Source: an uncultured Bacilli bacterium (GTDB lineage: Bacteria; Bacillota_I; Bacilli_A; RF39; UBA660). Taken from it: a DNA stretch of 48,274 nucleotides. The notes under the pieces were generated by a model that ran no database searches, was not told where the DNA came from, and saw nothing but the letters and a program-made list of their open reading frames with translations. Shown here piece by piece: positions 1 to 10,025 of this stretch. The position numbers were made by a program, and so were the translations under genes. The stretch is taken from contig CANRDD010000003.1 of the NCBI GenBank assembly GCA_947629305.1, positions 1 to 48,274 on the forward strand, written 5' to 3'. Each line of letters starts with the position of its first letter. Position 1 is the first letter of the stretch.

Positions 1-15
1 TTAATACCAAACAAA

Positions 16-50
16 TTAAGTCTATGCTTGAAGATCAAGCATAGACTTAA
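16..50. repeat. Perfect 16-bp inverted repeat (hairpin; possible terminator)
   Basis: TTAAGTCTATGCTTGA-aga-TCAAGCATAGACTTAA. Confidence 0.7.
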
Positions 51-95
51 CTAAAAAATTTTCATGCGTTTATCCTGTTTTATGCGATTTAGGAA

Positions 96-124
96 TTGAA
101 AATTAGTAGGAATTATGCTAAACT
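96..124 (+). promoter_or_regulatory. sigA-like promoter of the Tad-like operon
   Basis: TTGAAA-N17-TAAACT with extended TG; RBS AGGTG before ATG 146. Confidence 0.5.
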
Positions 125-145
125 AGTACTTAGGTAGGTGAAACT

Positions 146-904
146 ATGCGTATTTTTAGAAAAATATTTTTAGGAATGCTCATCTTTGGTTTTGCTATTA
201 CAAATGTTGGGGCAGCTAGTGAAAAGTGTGGAACGAAAAAAACGGCAGAACTAAATAGAGAAGTGGCAAATGTTAAAGCAAATTATGAAATTCTGCAAAG
301 ATTGCCTGAAGGACCTTATGGACCACCTGACTGGTGGACACCTGATATGGGGGAAGATGTTCTCCCTAGAGAAGATTATATGAAGGTTAACATTACAAAC
401 TTATCAGAAAATTTTTATGCGGAAGTTACTAATGATCAAAACAGAGATAAGATTACATTGACAGCAAATGATATGGTTGATGGTATTGCTTCTTTTGAAA
501 GAGATGATTTTAGTAAAGTTGTTAGGTTAACAATTAAAATATATGCAACAGATGTAGCTGGATGTGCTGGTCAAGAATTTAAAACATTAAGACTAACATT
601 ACCAAGAAGTAATATATATTCTGGTTATGATGTTTGTAGTCTTGTTCCAGATTATTATTTATGTCAAAAATATGTTACTTTTGAAAAAGAAATAACAGAT
701 AATGATTTTAGTATAGGTATTAATAAACAACTAGAAGAAATATACCAAGAAGAAGAGGAAGAAACAAGAACATGGTGGGAAAATGTTCTAAAGTTTGTTA
801 AAGATAACTTAGTTATCGTAGTAATTGGGGGAGTATTAGTAATAGGAGCAGGAACTACTGCAACTATTATAATAATTAGAAATCGTAGGAGAAGAGAAAT
901 ATGA
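146..904 (+). CDS. Secreted, C-terminally membrane-anchored hypothetical protein
   Basis: Signal peptide (..VGA|AS), several Cys, C-terminal TM helix plus basic tail RNRRRREI; overlaps next gene (ATGA). Confidence 0.75.
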   Translation: MRIFRKIFLGMLIFGFAITNVGAASEKCGTKKTAELNREVANVKANYEILQRLPEGPYGPPDWWTPDMGEDVLPREDYMKVNITNLSENFYAEVTNDQNRDKITLTANDMVDGIASFERDDFSKVVRLTIKIYATDVAGCAGQEFKTLRLTLPRSNIYSGYDVCSLVPDYYLCQKYVTFEKEITDNDFSIGINKQLEEIYQEEEEETRTWWENVLKFVKDNLVIVVIGGVLVIGAGTTATIIIIRNRRRREI

Positions 905-3900
905 AAAAGAAAGTTTTAAAATTAATTAGTTTATTATTATTTATTTTTATAGGAGTATTACCAGTTAAAGCTGATGACTTTGATTTTAAAGTTGGTGATG
1001 CTGTTAGCTTACTTCCATGGGATGGTACACAAAATGGTTATTATAAGCATTCTGGTATTGATTCAGGGATAACTTTTCCTTTTGAAGGAAAAAATAAAAA
1101 ATATGATGTAATTCGTTATCTAGCATCAAAAGATAATCATCAAATTCCAACATATTGTATTGACCCTAATGTTCAAGCAAAGGGAATGGGATATACTTAT
1201 GAAGTTAGTAGATTACTTTTAAATCCTAAAGATAGTACTGAAATAAGAACTCAAGATGCAGGGCTAATTGCGATTATTGCAAATGGAGCAAATCAATATA
1301 GTAATACTAATGATAAAACTTTATATATGGCTACAAATATTGCTGTAAGAGCTTGGGTAATAGGAATTTATGGTAATGGCTTAGGAAATGCTAGTTCTGT
1401 TAGTGATGGAGAAGCTATTGCCTCAAGTCTTGTTAATTTTGGTATTGATATGGCATCAAAACATGGTGATATTATACCTAAGATTATACCTAAATATAGT
1501 GCTTGTACAGGTGATTCTTCCACAGTAAAATCTTGTTATTTAAATAAAGTAAAAGGCTATTCTTGGTTTAAATCTAATATTAAATTTAGTGGTACATCAT
1601 CTATTTTAAGTACAGCTGAAAGTTTAATTGAAAAAGCTTTTGAAGCAGCTCAAAAAGAAGCTGAAAAAGATAAGAATACAACAGCAAATGTTTCAGCAGA
1701 ATTAACTGTAAATAGTGTATCTGACACAGAGGATAATATTTTAGTTGAATTTACCATTGAAAACTTAGCTGAAGATGGTTATGTTCATGTTGATCAAAAT
1801 GTTACATGCTCAGACTGCGCTGCCAATGGAATTACAATTGAACCTGGGGAATATGGTGATGGATCTAATTGGAATGCACTTGCAAGTGATACTAATATTG
1901 CAGAATTTATTAATAAAAAAGGCGTTGTTTATGTTCGTTATGTAGTTAAAAAAGAATCTACAGAAGAATGTAAAGATTCTGATTTTACTTTAAATTATAC
2001 TGTTTATAATCCAAATGCAACGGAACAAGAAGAATATAAAGGTGGTATGTTATATCGTAATTCTGGTGCAAATGAAAACCAAAGATTTATTATAATTCAT
2101 AAAACAAGTAGTGGAGGACCATCAAGTGATGATACTGAACCTCAAGAAGCAGCTTTAGGTGGTAAAATTACTTGTATGAAAGAAAAAGAAAAATGTGATA
2201 CAGTAATTGAAAGTCCTATTTGTTCTAATAATAAAGATGAAGCTGTAGCTAAAGTTACTGCTCCAGAAGATATTAAAAAATGTATTATTGATAATAAAGA
2301 TGATGCTGATAATACTTATGAATTAACAACAGAAGATGCCTTTAATGGTATAGAAAATAATTATTGTTCTATTTTTTGTAAAGAAGATTATGAAAAGATA
2401 GAATTTGATCCAATTATTGAAAATGTTCCTTGTGGAGGTTATTTCAAATTATCTGCTCATGTTGAAGGAACTAAGAGATGTTATACAGGTAGCCCTAATA
2501 CTGATGATTATGCTATTGATACAAAACAATATGAAGCTGACTTAAAAGAACAACAACAAGTTGTAGCTAATAATTTAACTGATAGTAGTAAATATCAAGC
2601 GTGGAATGCTGCTTGGGAAGCCGCTAAAAATAATGTTCAAACAGTTCGAAATGTCTCTTGTACAATTAATGGTAAATCAACTGTATGTGGTCAAATATAT
2701 GCTTATACTTTAACGATTCCATCATATTCAACATTTAATGTTAATGAAAAAGATGGTGATCAAGTTGACACAAAGAATGTAGCAGGAACAACAGTAACAT
2801 TCCAAACAAGTTGTGCTTGTTCAGGTAGCACTTGTCCTGTTTGTCCAGGTCCTACTGATTATAGTAGCTTTGTTGCGGGTACTAATAATTTAGTTTGGGA
2901 AGATGCTGTTGATGGTGATAATAATGTTGATGGTGATAATCAATATATAATTCATACATTAGATGAATTTATTAATAAAGCTACTCAAGGAGCTGGTAAT
3001 GCTGGAACTTATAATGATACAGTAAATACTGCTAATGAAGAAATTGTTAATATTATTAAAAATTATAATGCTTGTACAACAGGTTGGATTAATGACTTTA
3101 AGTTTGGTCATCAGTTAGAATTTGAATATTCTCAATATGTTTCTGATGGTGGTTATGATATTAGTCCACAAATGCCATCTTATAATGATTTATTTACTAA
3201 TCAAACTGGTGAAAATGGTAATCCAGCTAATATGTTAACTGAAGATGGGGAACTTGAAGAAAAGAGTGAAATATCTATTTGTCTTGGTGATGTTGATACT
3301 AAATATGAAACTTGTTCTACTGGTTGGATAACAATTGAAGAAGAACAAAGAGCAACTAATGAAAAATATAATGATGTTAGTGTTTATCAATCTGTTTTTG
3401 AAAAACAAAATATCTCAATATGTGGTTTAGATGAAAGTGGTAAAGCAAGTTGTAAAGATGAAGAAGTACCTCTTTCTAAAGCTAAATTTGTTCGAAAAGT
3501 TGTCGAAAAGAAACAAGATTATATTTCTCCAGATGATTTATTAAGTCAAGTTGGAACAACTGGTTATGTAACTGATTCTGATACATCAAGTAATCCTTTA
3601 ATAAGTTTTGAAGGAATTGAAGGTCTTCCAACATCAAGTGCTAATGTTGGGGGAGGAAAAACAGTCATTAGAATTTATGATTTAGGTGAATTTTATGGCG
3701 ATGATAAAGCTGGTGAACTTGGTCGTTTAATTGACTTTAATGAAGCAAAAGAATTAAGTGATGGAACAGTTGCTAAAGCTCTTGGTGAGACTTGGGCTTC
3801 TGGTGTAGCAGTTGGTGATGCTGGTGAATATATTTGTATTTATACAACAGCTTGTCGTCCAGATGACTGTCCTGAATGTGAATTTATTTGTGAAGAAAGT

Positions 3901-4605
3901 CCTGATGATGATATTCATTGTGAATTAGAAGAATGTCCAGCATGTGACTTTACTTGTGTCAATTGTTTATTTAACTTAGATGATTTACAAGTTAATAATA
4001 AAGTTATTTCACCAAATGAATTTGCCTCAGCTGGTAGGGAAATGGGATATAACTGGAATGTTCAAACAAGCTTAAAAGCTTTACAATTATTAAGCAAGAA
4101 AGCTAGTGTTACAATTAATGAAATAACAAGCTCCGGAGAAACAATTTACGAATATGATTCTGGTGATAAGACATCATCAGGTTCTAACTTAGCCTTTAGT
4201 TTAAAGATGACACCAGAAGTTACAAGCTTTATTAAAGAATATAATAAAGAAGTAGATTCAAGTGGTATGTATAAAGGTCAAACTGTTGGTAAAGGTTATG
4301 CAAATAATACTTTAAAATGTTATTCTGATACAGAAAAAGGATTTAAGAATATTTATTGCTTTAGTACCTTTATTGATGAATTAGTTAGTAGATATGGATC
4401 ATCGATTACTGGTTTAAATAATAGACCATCAACTAGTGAAAGAGAAGGAAATCCTAATGGTAAGAATTATTGGATTTTATGGATACCTGAAAATAGCCAA
4501 TATGGTGTTGATGGTGGATATGTTAAACAAGAATGTACAAAAGATCTTGAAGGATATCCAAATTGTCATTTAACTGAACAAATTGGCGGTCCTGCTTGGA
4601 AATAG
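901..4605 (+). CDS. Large Cys-rich secreted protein, putative adhesin
   Basis: 1234-aa ORF, signal peptide (..VKA|DD), N-terminal YCIDP motif, many CxxC/CxC clusters, no C-terminal anchor. Confidence 0.7.
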   Translation: MKKKVLKLISLLLFIFIGVLPVKADDFDFKVGDAVSLLPWDGTQNGYYKHSGIDSGITFPFEGKNKKYDVIRYLASKDNHQIPTYCIDPNVQAKGMGYTYEVSRLLLNPKDSTEIRTQDAGLIAIIANGANQYSNTNDKTLYMATNIAVRAWVIGIYGNGLGNASSVSDGEAIASSLVNFGIDMASKHGDIIPKIIPKYSACTGDSSTVKSCYLNKVKGYSWFKSNIKFSGTSSILSTAESLIEKAFEAAQKEAEKDKNTTANVSAELTVNSVSDTEDNILVEFTIENLAEDGYVHVDQNVTCSDCAANGITIEPGEYGDGSNWNALASDTNIAEFINKKGVVYVRYVVKKESTEECKDSDFTLNYTVYNPNATEQEEYKGGMLYRNSGANENQRFIIIHKTSSGGPSSDDTEPQEAALGGKITCMKEKEKCDTVIESPICSNNKDEAVAKVTAPEDIKKCIIDNKDDADNTYELTTEDAFNGIENNYCSIFCKEDYEKIEFDPIIENVPCGGYFKLSAHVEGTKRCYTGSPNTDDYAIDTKQYEADLKEQQQVVANNLTDSSKYQAWNAAWEAAKNNVQTVRNVSCTINGKSTVCGQIYAYTLTIPSYSTFNVNEKDGDQVDTKNVAGTTVTFQTSCACSGSTCPVCPGPTDYSSFVAGTNNLVWEDAVDGDNNVDGDNQYIIHTLDEFINKATQGAGNAGTYNDTVNTANEEIVNIIKNYNACTTGWINDFKFGHQLEFEYSQYVSDGGYDISPQMPSYNDLFTNQTGENGNPANMLTEDGELEEKSEISICLGDVDTKYETCSTGWITIEEEQRATNEKYNDVSVYQSVFEKQNISICGLDESGKASCKDEEVPLSKAKFVRKVVEKKQDYISPDDLLSQVGTTGYVTDSDTSSNPLISFEGIEGLPTSSANVGGGKTVIRIYDLGEFYGDDKAGELGRLIDFNEAKELSDGTVAKALGETWASGVAVGDAGEYICIYTTACRPDDCPECEFICEESPDDDIHCELEECPACDFTCVNCLFNLDDLQVNNKVISPNEFASAGREMGYNWNVQTSLKALQLLSKKASVTINEITSSGETIYEYDSGDKTSSGSNLAFSLKMTPEVTSFIKEYNKEVDSSGMYKGQTVGKGYANNTLKCYSDTEKGFKNIYCFSTFIDELVSRYGSSITGLNNRPSTSEREGNPNGKNYWILWIPENSQYGVDGGYVKQECTKDLEGYPNCHLTEQIGGPAWK

Positions 4606-4621
4606 GGGTGAGAATTAGAGA

Positions 4622-6211
4622 ATGAAAAATGCTTTTTGGGGATACTGGCTTGTATTATTAGGTATTGCTATTGTTGTTATAATGTTACTTGTCCAAAATT
4701 TAACAAGTACTTCTACCCAAGATTATTTCCTTGTTAAGGAAATAACCGAAGCAGCAATGGTTGATGCGGTTGATTATACATATTATCGTAACTATGGGGA
4801 AATTAGAATTAATAAAGAAAAATTCTATGAAAGTTTCTTTAGAAGATTCGCCGAAACAGCTTCATTAACAACCAATTATACGGTAAGTTTCTTTGGTGTT
4901 TATGAAGCTCCACCTAAAGTTAGTGTCGAAATAAAGAGTAAGTCAGCATCATTTAATGTTGTTGGAGATTCTACCCAATTTGATATGGTTGAAAGAATTG
5001 ATTCAATTCTTGAAGGAAATCCATTAGATGAAAGTACTGTTGATGATGGATTTGGAGGAATTATTGATAATCCAAGTATAGGTAATGATAAAAATAGTTC
5101 TTCTGGATCAGGCTCTAGTGGTGGATCTACATCAGATGGAGGATCAGGCTCTAGTGGCGGATCTGCATCAGATGGAGGATCTGGTTCTAGTGGCGGATCT
5201 ACATCAGATGGAGGGTCTGGTTCTAGTGGCGGATCTACATCAGATGGAGGGTCTGGTTCTAGTGGTGGATCTACATCAGGTAATGAAGGCTCAGGTAATG
5301 AAGAACTTGCTTGTAGCGAAGGAGTTACTAATAAAAGTTTAAGTGGTATGCATGGTAAAGCCATGTCAACAGTTGCAAATAGTGTTGCTATATATGATTC
5401 TGTTAATATGAAAAATAAAATTGGTACTGTTGATATTAATAAAACATTTACCATAATTGGATCTAATGATAATGATACTCTTTGGGCTATTGAATACGAA
5501 GGAGAATGTGGCTGGGTTAAAAACGATTATATGGCTATTAATCTAAAAGATTATATACCGGAGATGAGTTATAATATAACTAATGCTTCTTCAAGTATTT
5601 ATATGTCAAGTGGACAAAGATTAGAAGGAGTAACAGGAACAAGACTTTATTCAAGTGAATATCAAAGTTTTGTTCCAGCTACTTATAGTTTTGCTAAAAA
5701 ACTAAAAGTAGCAGCTGCCAATGCTAAAGCAGGTGGAGATACTTTAGTTGTTTATGATGCTTATCGTCCAACTAGTGTTTCAAGTAAAGCTAAAAAAGCC
5801 TTAGAAAAATTATATAATAGTAATAGTACTGTTAAAAAGAATATTAATACTAGTTATGGGGCAAGTGGAACAGCTTATTCTTGGGGCAAAGGCTGGTTCT
5901 TAGCTAGTAGTTTATCAGCTCATAATACAGGATGTGCTGTTGATATAACTTTAGCAAGTGGCAGTATGCCATCTGCCATGCACGAACTTAGTGTAGCTGC
6001 GATTAAATACTATCATGCGATTAAAGTTCGAAATCAACCTATGAGTTATCATGAAAGTAATTATGCAAAGACAATGACTGATGCTGCCAAAAAATTAGAT
6101 CGATATATGACTTCAGCTGGTTTAGATGATTTAGCCAGTGAATGGTGGCATTTCCAAGATGATAGCTGTCATTCAAAAATAGGTTCAGGATTAAACTTTT
6201 GGGCTGCTTAA
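4622..6211 (+). CDS. Pilin-like (DUF5411-like) N-terminal domain + Gly/Ser linker + SH3-like domain + M15 (VanX-like) Zn peptidase
   Basis: N-terminal TM; GGSGSS repeats; SH3-like WAIEYEGECGWV; M15 motifs YDAYRP, SAHNTGCAVD, EWWHF. The DUF5411 similarity is recalled, not searched. Confidence 0.75.
   Translation: MKNAFWGYWLVLLGIAIVVIMLLVQNLTSTSTQDYFLVKEITEAAMVDAVDYTYYRNYGEIRINKEKFYESFFRRFAETASLTTNYTVSFFGVYEAPPKVSVEIKSKSASFNVVGDSTQFDMVERIDSILEGNPLDESTVDDGFGGIIDNPSIGNDKNSSSGSGSSGGSTSDGGSGSSGGSASDGGSGSSGGSTSDGGSGSSGGSTSDGGSGSSGGSTSGNEGSGNEELACSEGVTNKSLSGMHGKAMSTVANSVAIYDSVNMKNKIGTVDINKTFTIIGSNDNDTLWAIEYEGECGWVKNDYMAINLKDYIPEMSYNITNASSSIYMSSGQRLEGVTGTRLYSSEYQSFVPATYSFAKKLKVAAANAKAGGDTLVVYDAYRPTSVSSKAKKALEKLYNSNSTVKKNINTSYGASGTAYSWGKGWFLASSLSAHNTGCAVDITLASGSMPSAMHELSVAAIKYYHAIKVRNQPMSYHESNYAKTMTDAAKKLDRYMTSAGLDDLASEWWHFQDDSCHSKIGSGLNFWAA
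5105..5279 (+). repeat. 36-bp coding tandem repeat, about 4.9 copies (GSGSSGGSTSDG)
   Basis: Unit GGATCAGGCTCTAGTGGTGGATCTACATCAGATGGA repeated head to tail with synonymous variants and no spacers. Confidence 0.95.
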
Positions 6212-6226
6212 TTAAGGAGGAATAAA

Positions 6227-7027
6227 ATGGGAAATTTAATTAATACAATAAAAAGATTTTTTACGAATAAAAATACAGTAACTATATTTGGCGTAATTGC
6301 TGGTGTTGTTGTTTTATGGTTCTTTTATAATTATCGTTTAAATCAAGCTATAAATCCAACGAAAGTACCTATTGCAACAAGAACGATTCTAGCAACAGAA
6401 GAAATAACCGCGGATGCTATTGATTATGTGGAAATAAATAGTGCTTTACTTAAAAAAGCGAAGATAATAACTAATCAAAGTCAATTAATAGGTTATTATG
6501 TTAATGTTGGAACATCTATTCCAGAAGGTGGTTTATTCTATACATCCCAAGTTGTTCAAAAAAAGGAATTACCTAATGCTATTCAAGATGAAATACCAGA
6601 AGGATTTACTTTATTCCAATTTAATGTAAATAATACTTCGACATATGGTAATTCCATTTATCCTGGGGATAGAATTGATATTTATTTAAATACAACTGAT
6701 GAACAAGGAAGATTAGTTTTTGGTAAATTTATTGAATCAATTGAAGTTCTTGATGTTCGGGATTCTCAAGGACAAAGTGTCTTTGATTCCTCAAGTACAA
6801 GAACCCCAGCTCTATTATTATTTGCTGTTCCTTCTGATCCTGTTGAAGATGGTAAATCAATCTTTGGTTTACTAGAAGGAGCAAGAAGAATATCTGGCAT
6901 AGATTTAGTACCTGTACCAAGAAATAAACATTATACGGAAGAACAAAATGAAACACAAGTAGCATCGGCTGATTTAAGAGATTTAATTGAATCAAAGATG
7001 AGTGCTTTAGATATTGATATTCCATAG
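6227..7027 (+). CDS. cpaB: Flp pilus assembly protein CpaB/RcpC (SAF domain)
   Basis: N-terminal TM, SAF-like VPIATRTI, RcpC-like GNSIYPGDRIDIY and IEVLDV; directly upstream of the ATPase. Confidence 0.8.
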   Translation: MGNLINTIKRFFTNKNTVTIFGVIAGVVVLWFFYNYRLNQAINPTKVPIATRTILATEEITADAIDYVEINSALLKKAKIITNQSQLIGYYVNVGTSIPEGGLFYTSQVVQKKELPNAIQDEIPEGFTLFQFNVNNTSTYGNSIYPGDRIDIYLNTTDEQGRLVFGKFIESIEVLDVRDSQGQSVFDSSSTRTPALLLFAVPSDPVEDGKSIFGLLEGARRISGIDLVPVPRNKHYTEEQNETQVASADLRDLIESKMSALDIDIP

Positions 7028-7057
7028 AAAAATAATTAATTAAAGAGGTGACAAAAA

Positions 7058-8248
7058 GTGGATGATGCTATATTTTCACAATTAGATTTTGGACCTTTAA
7101 AAGAGTTTTTGGAAGAAGATAACGTAACCGATATCTCTTATTCAGGAGGAAATACCTGGCTAAAAACTCTTGATAAAGGTGTATATAGAGTTGAAAGACC
7201 GGAGATAAATAATGCGATGATGGAAAAGCTTGCTTTCCAATGTTCAAATGTTATGGGAAAAACATTTAACATGGCGCATCCTTTTCTAGATGCTGAATCA
7301 GCTGAACTACGACTTAACTTTGTTCATGATTCCATTGCAACCAATGGTATTGCTTGTGTTGTCCGGAAGACTCCTGCCAAAATTAGATTAAATAAAGAAA
7401 AATTAATTAATGAACAATATGTTACGGAATCATTACATGACTTTTTACTTACTTGTGTAGAAGGGCATTGTAATATTATTGTTTCTGGGGAAACTGGTTC
7501 AGGGAAAACGGAATTAGTTAAATATTTAGCTAGTCATACCAAAGAAAATGAAAAAATAATTACGATTGAAGATACTTTGGAATTACACTTAGATAAGATC
7601 TTTCCACATCGGGATATAGTGGCAATGAAAACAAATAATATTGCTTCTTATTCTGATGTATTAGTAACTTGTATGCGGCAAAATCCTAAATGGATTTTAC
7701 TATCCGAAGTTCGTTCAGCTGAAGCTGTTACCGCGGTTCGGAACTCTATTTCTTCAGGACATAATATTATATCAACAATTCACTCCGATCGAGCTTTAAA
7801 TATTCCAATGCGTTTATATTCTTTACTTGAATCTAATATTGATGTTGAACAATTTTTAAATACAATTCATCGTTATGTCCAACTAGGAATTCATGTTAAA
7901 GGTTATATGAGTAAAGAATTAGGACGTTTCCAACGGGAAATCATTGAAGTAACGGAATTCTTTGTTGATGATGATAATAAAGCTTGTTCTAATGTTATTT
8001 TTAAAAAGAGTTTAGATGGTAAATTTAGTTTTAATAATCCATCAAAGTATTTAATAGATTATTTAGGGGTTCAAGGTGTAGATATAAGTCCAAATTATTT
8101 TGTTAATGAAGATGGATCTTATGTAGCAGCAAAGCCTCGTGATCCTGCACCTAGTGTTCCAGCTGAAAATAATGAAGCAAGTGGGGTAAGTAATAGCACT
8201 CCATCTATGGCTATACCAACTCAAATGCCAACGATGGATACTTTATAA
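7058..8248 (+). CDS. tadA: TadA/CpaF (VirB11-family) pilus assembly ATPase
   Basis: Walker A GETGSGKT, Asp box TIEDTLEL, Walker B LLSEVR, His box SGHNIISTIH; GTG start with RBS GAGGTG. Confidence 0.92.
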   Translation: MDDAIFSQLDFGPLKEFLEEDNVTDISYSGGNTWLKTLDKGVYRVERPEINNAMMEKLAFQCSNVMGKTFNMAHPFLDAESAELRLNFVHDSIATNGIACVVRKTPAKIRLNKEKLINEQYVTESLHDFLLTCVEGHCNIIVSGETGSGKTELVKYLASHTKENEKIITIEDTLELHLDKIFPHRDIVAMKTNNIASYSDVLVTCMRQNPKWILLSEVRSAEAVTAVRNSISSGHNIISTIHSDRALNIPMRLYSLLESNIDVEQFLNTIHRYVQLGIHVKGYMSKELGRFQREIIEVTEFFVDDDNKACSNVIFKKSLDGKFSFNNPSKYLIDYLGVQGVDISPNYFVNEDGSYVAAKPRDPAPSVPAENNEASGVSNSTPSMAIPTQMPTMDTL

Positions 8249-8283
8249 AATTTACATGAAAAAAAGAAAGGATGTGAACAAAA

Positions 8284-9180
8284 TTGCTTGAATTAGTTAT
8301 AATTGTGGGTATTGCTATCTTTATTATAATTTACCGAAAGAATCCAGGGGAAAATGTATATAAAATAGTTACTGGTAAAGTTGGCGAAATATATGAAAAA
8401 TATGCGCCATATTCTTTCCGTGTTGTCAGACAAAAAGCCATTGAACTTGGTCAAGAATATAATACAAGACAATATTTAACCCAAATTGCCATGATAGGTG
8501 GTGTTGCGGCTGCAGTTGGATATTTTTACTTCTATAGTATTATTATTGCGGCAGTTTATGCTGTTGTTGCCATTTGTTTTGTTCCTTATTTATCTTATTT
8601 AAGATTACAAAGAGTATATAGTGAGTTTATTTTTGAACAAATCCAAACTTATACAACCAACGTTATTATGGAATTTAATACAACCCAAAGTTTTGTTAAA
8701 TCCTTAGAAGGTGTAAGGGACTCTGGTGTCTTAGAAAATCCTGTTTTAGCTGATGTTTCCAAGATGATTGATATGTCTTATCAAAATGGGACAATTGATG
8801 AATCAATAGAATATTTTAATTCTAAATATCCATATTATATGGTTAAGAATATGCATCAATTATTCTTACAAATTACCAAAGAAGGGGCTAAAGATTCAGG
8901 TCAAGCCTTAGAAAATATGTCCATGGATATTGACTCATTAGTTGAAGGGGTTTATAGGGATCAAATGGATCGGAAAAACTTCCATGGAAGATTTATAAAA
9001 TTTGGTTTAATTCTTTATTTACTTATTGTTGTTATTAGATATATGTTAGGGGAAGAAAATTATATTTCCATGTTAGAGATATGGTATGTTCAATTAATAT
9101 TACATGCTATAGCCATTATTAATTCGTTATTCTTAATAAGTGGTGAAAAATATTATAATGAAGATGTTGGGGTGGAATAA
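8284..9180 (+). CDS. tadB: TadB-like (T2SS F-domain) platform membrane protein
   Basis: TM-TM-helical domain-TM topology, follows TadA, TAATG-coupled to next gene. Confidence 0.7.
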   Translation: MLELVIIVGIAIFIIIYRKNPGENVYKIVTGKVGEIYEKYAPYSFRVVRQKAIELGQEYNTRQYLTQIAMIGGVAAAVGYFYFYSIIIAAVYAVVAICFVPYLSYLRLQRVYSEFIFEQIQTYTTNVIMEFNTTQSFVKSLEGVRDSGVLENPVLADVSKMIDMSYQNGTIDESIEYFNSKYPYYMVKNMHQLFLQITKEGAKDSGQALENMSMDIDSLVEGVYRDQMDRKNFHGRFIKFGLILYLLIVVIRYMLGEENYISMLEIWYVQLILHAIAIINSLFLISGEKYYNEDVGVE

Positions 9181-9968
9181 TGCAAATAGAAATTATTATT
9201 ATTGCAATTATTATCTTTTTAATTATGACTGTCGGAGGACAAATAAGTATTAATCAATTAATTAATGATAATCAAATGCTATTTATGAAATTAAAAGAAA
9301 GTGATTGGGATTTTTATATTAGAGCCCGTTATGGATCTAATGCTAATTCTGATGTTATGTTTAATAAAAGAATTAAAAATGCTTTAATAGTCATGGTTTT
9401 AGCTTTCTTTTTCTTTATTAGAGATATTAATGCTGTTAAAGTTCTTTTAATTTTAGTGGTAGGTTATTTTATCTTTAAAATGCCTTATAATAATATTAAA
9501 AAATATTATAAGAGTCATATTCATCAAATAGATGCTATGTTACCTCATTATTTAAAAAGTTTAGAAATATTAATTCAACACTATACTGTTCCTGTTGCCA
9601 TAGGTAAATCAATGTCTGATGCTCCAGATATCTTTAAGGAAGGTTTACAAACAATGATTGATTCGATTAATGCTGGAGATGATTCAATTGAACCATATAT
9701 GGCTTTTGCGAGGGAATACCCTGTTCGGGATTCTATGCGGATGATGCGTCTTTTATATAGACTTAGTTTAGGTAGACAAGAAAGAAAACAAGAACAATTA
9801 TTAACTTTTTCTAGATCAATCTCTAGTTTACAACAAAAAGCTAGAGAAACAAAATATAAAAATAGACTAGAAAAGATGGAAGGCAAAACAATGAGTATGT
9901 TAATAACAACAGGTATTGGGGTTATGGTTTTATTAGTTCTTGCTGTTGTTCAATTAATGGGTATTTAA
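9180..9968 (+). CDS. tadC: TadC-like platform membrane protein
   Basis: IDAMLPHYLKSLEIL resembles the T2SSF motif; TM pattern and position after TadB. Confidence 0.7.
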   Translation: MQIEIIIIAIIIFLIMTVGGQISINQLINDNQMLFMKLKESDWDFYIRARYGSNANSDVMFNKRIKNALIVMVLAFFFFIRDINAVKVLLILVVGYFIFKMPYNNIKKYYKSHIHQIDAMLPHYLKSLEILIQHYTVPVAIGKSMSDAPDIFKEGLQTMIDSINAGDDSIEPYMAFAREYPVRDSMRMMRLLYRLSLGRQERKQEQLLTFSRSISSLQQKARETKYKNRLEKMEGKTMSMLITTGIGVMVLLVLAVVQLMGI

Positions 9969-9996
9969 GGAAATATGTCAAGGATAAAAAAAAGAA

Positions 9997-10025
9997 TTGA
10001 TATTTAGATACAAATTAGGTATAAT
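9997..10025 (+). promoter_or_regulatory. Internal sigA-like promoter before the putative major pilin
   Basis: TTGATA-N17-TATAAT, then strong RBS AGGAGG. Confidence 0.75.

Noticed and set aside
5105..5279. 36-bp repeats as a CRISPR array
   Set aside because: Head-to-tail with no spacers, in frame in a CDS, and no cas genes.
4900..5454. Antisense and alternate-frame ORFs (4900-5454 minus, 5085-5342 plus)
   Set aside because: They are shadows of the stop-free 36-bp repeat inside a well-supported gene.
4622..6211. VanX-like domain plus VanZ (39940) as vancomycin resistance
   Set aside because: The genes are unlinked, there is no vanA/H/R/S, and the peptidase is fused to an exported pilin-like protein.
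7058..8248. VirB11 of a conjugative element, or ComGA/SpoIIIAA
   Set aside because: The CpaB, TadB, TadC context indicates Tad; no VirB4, VirD4, relaxase or integrase is in the window.
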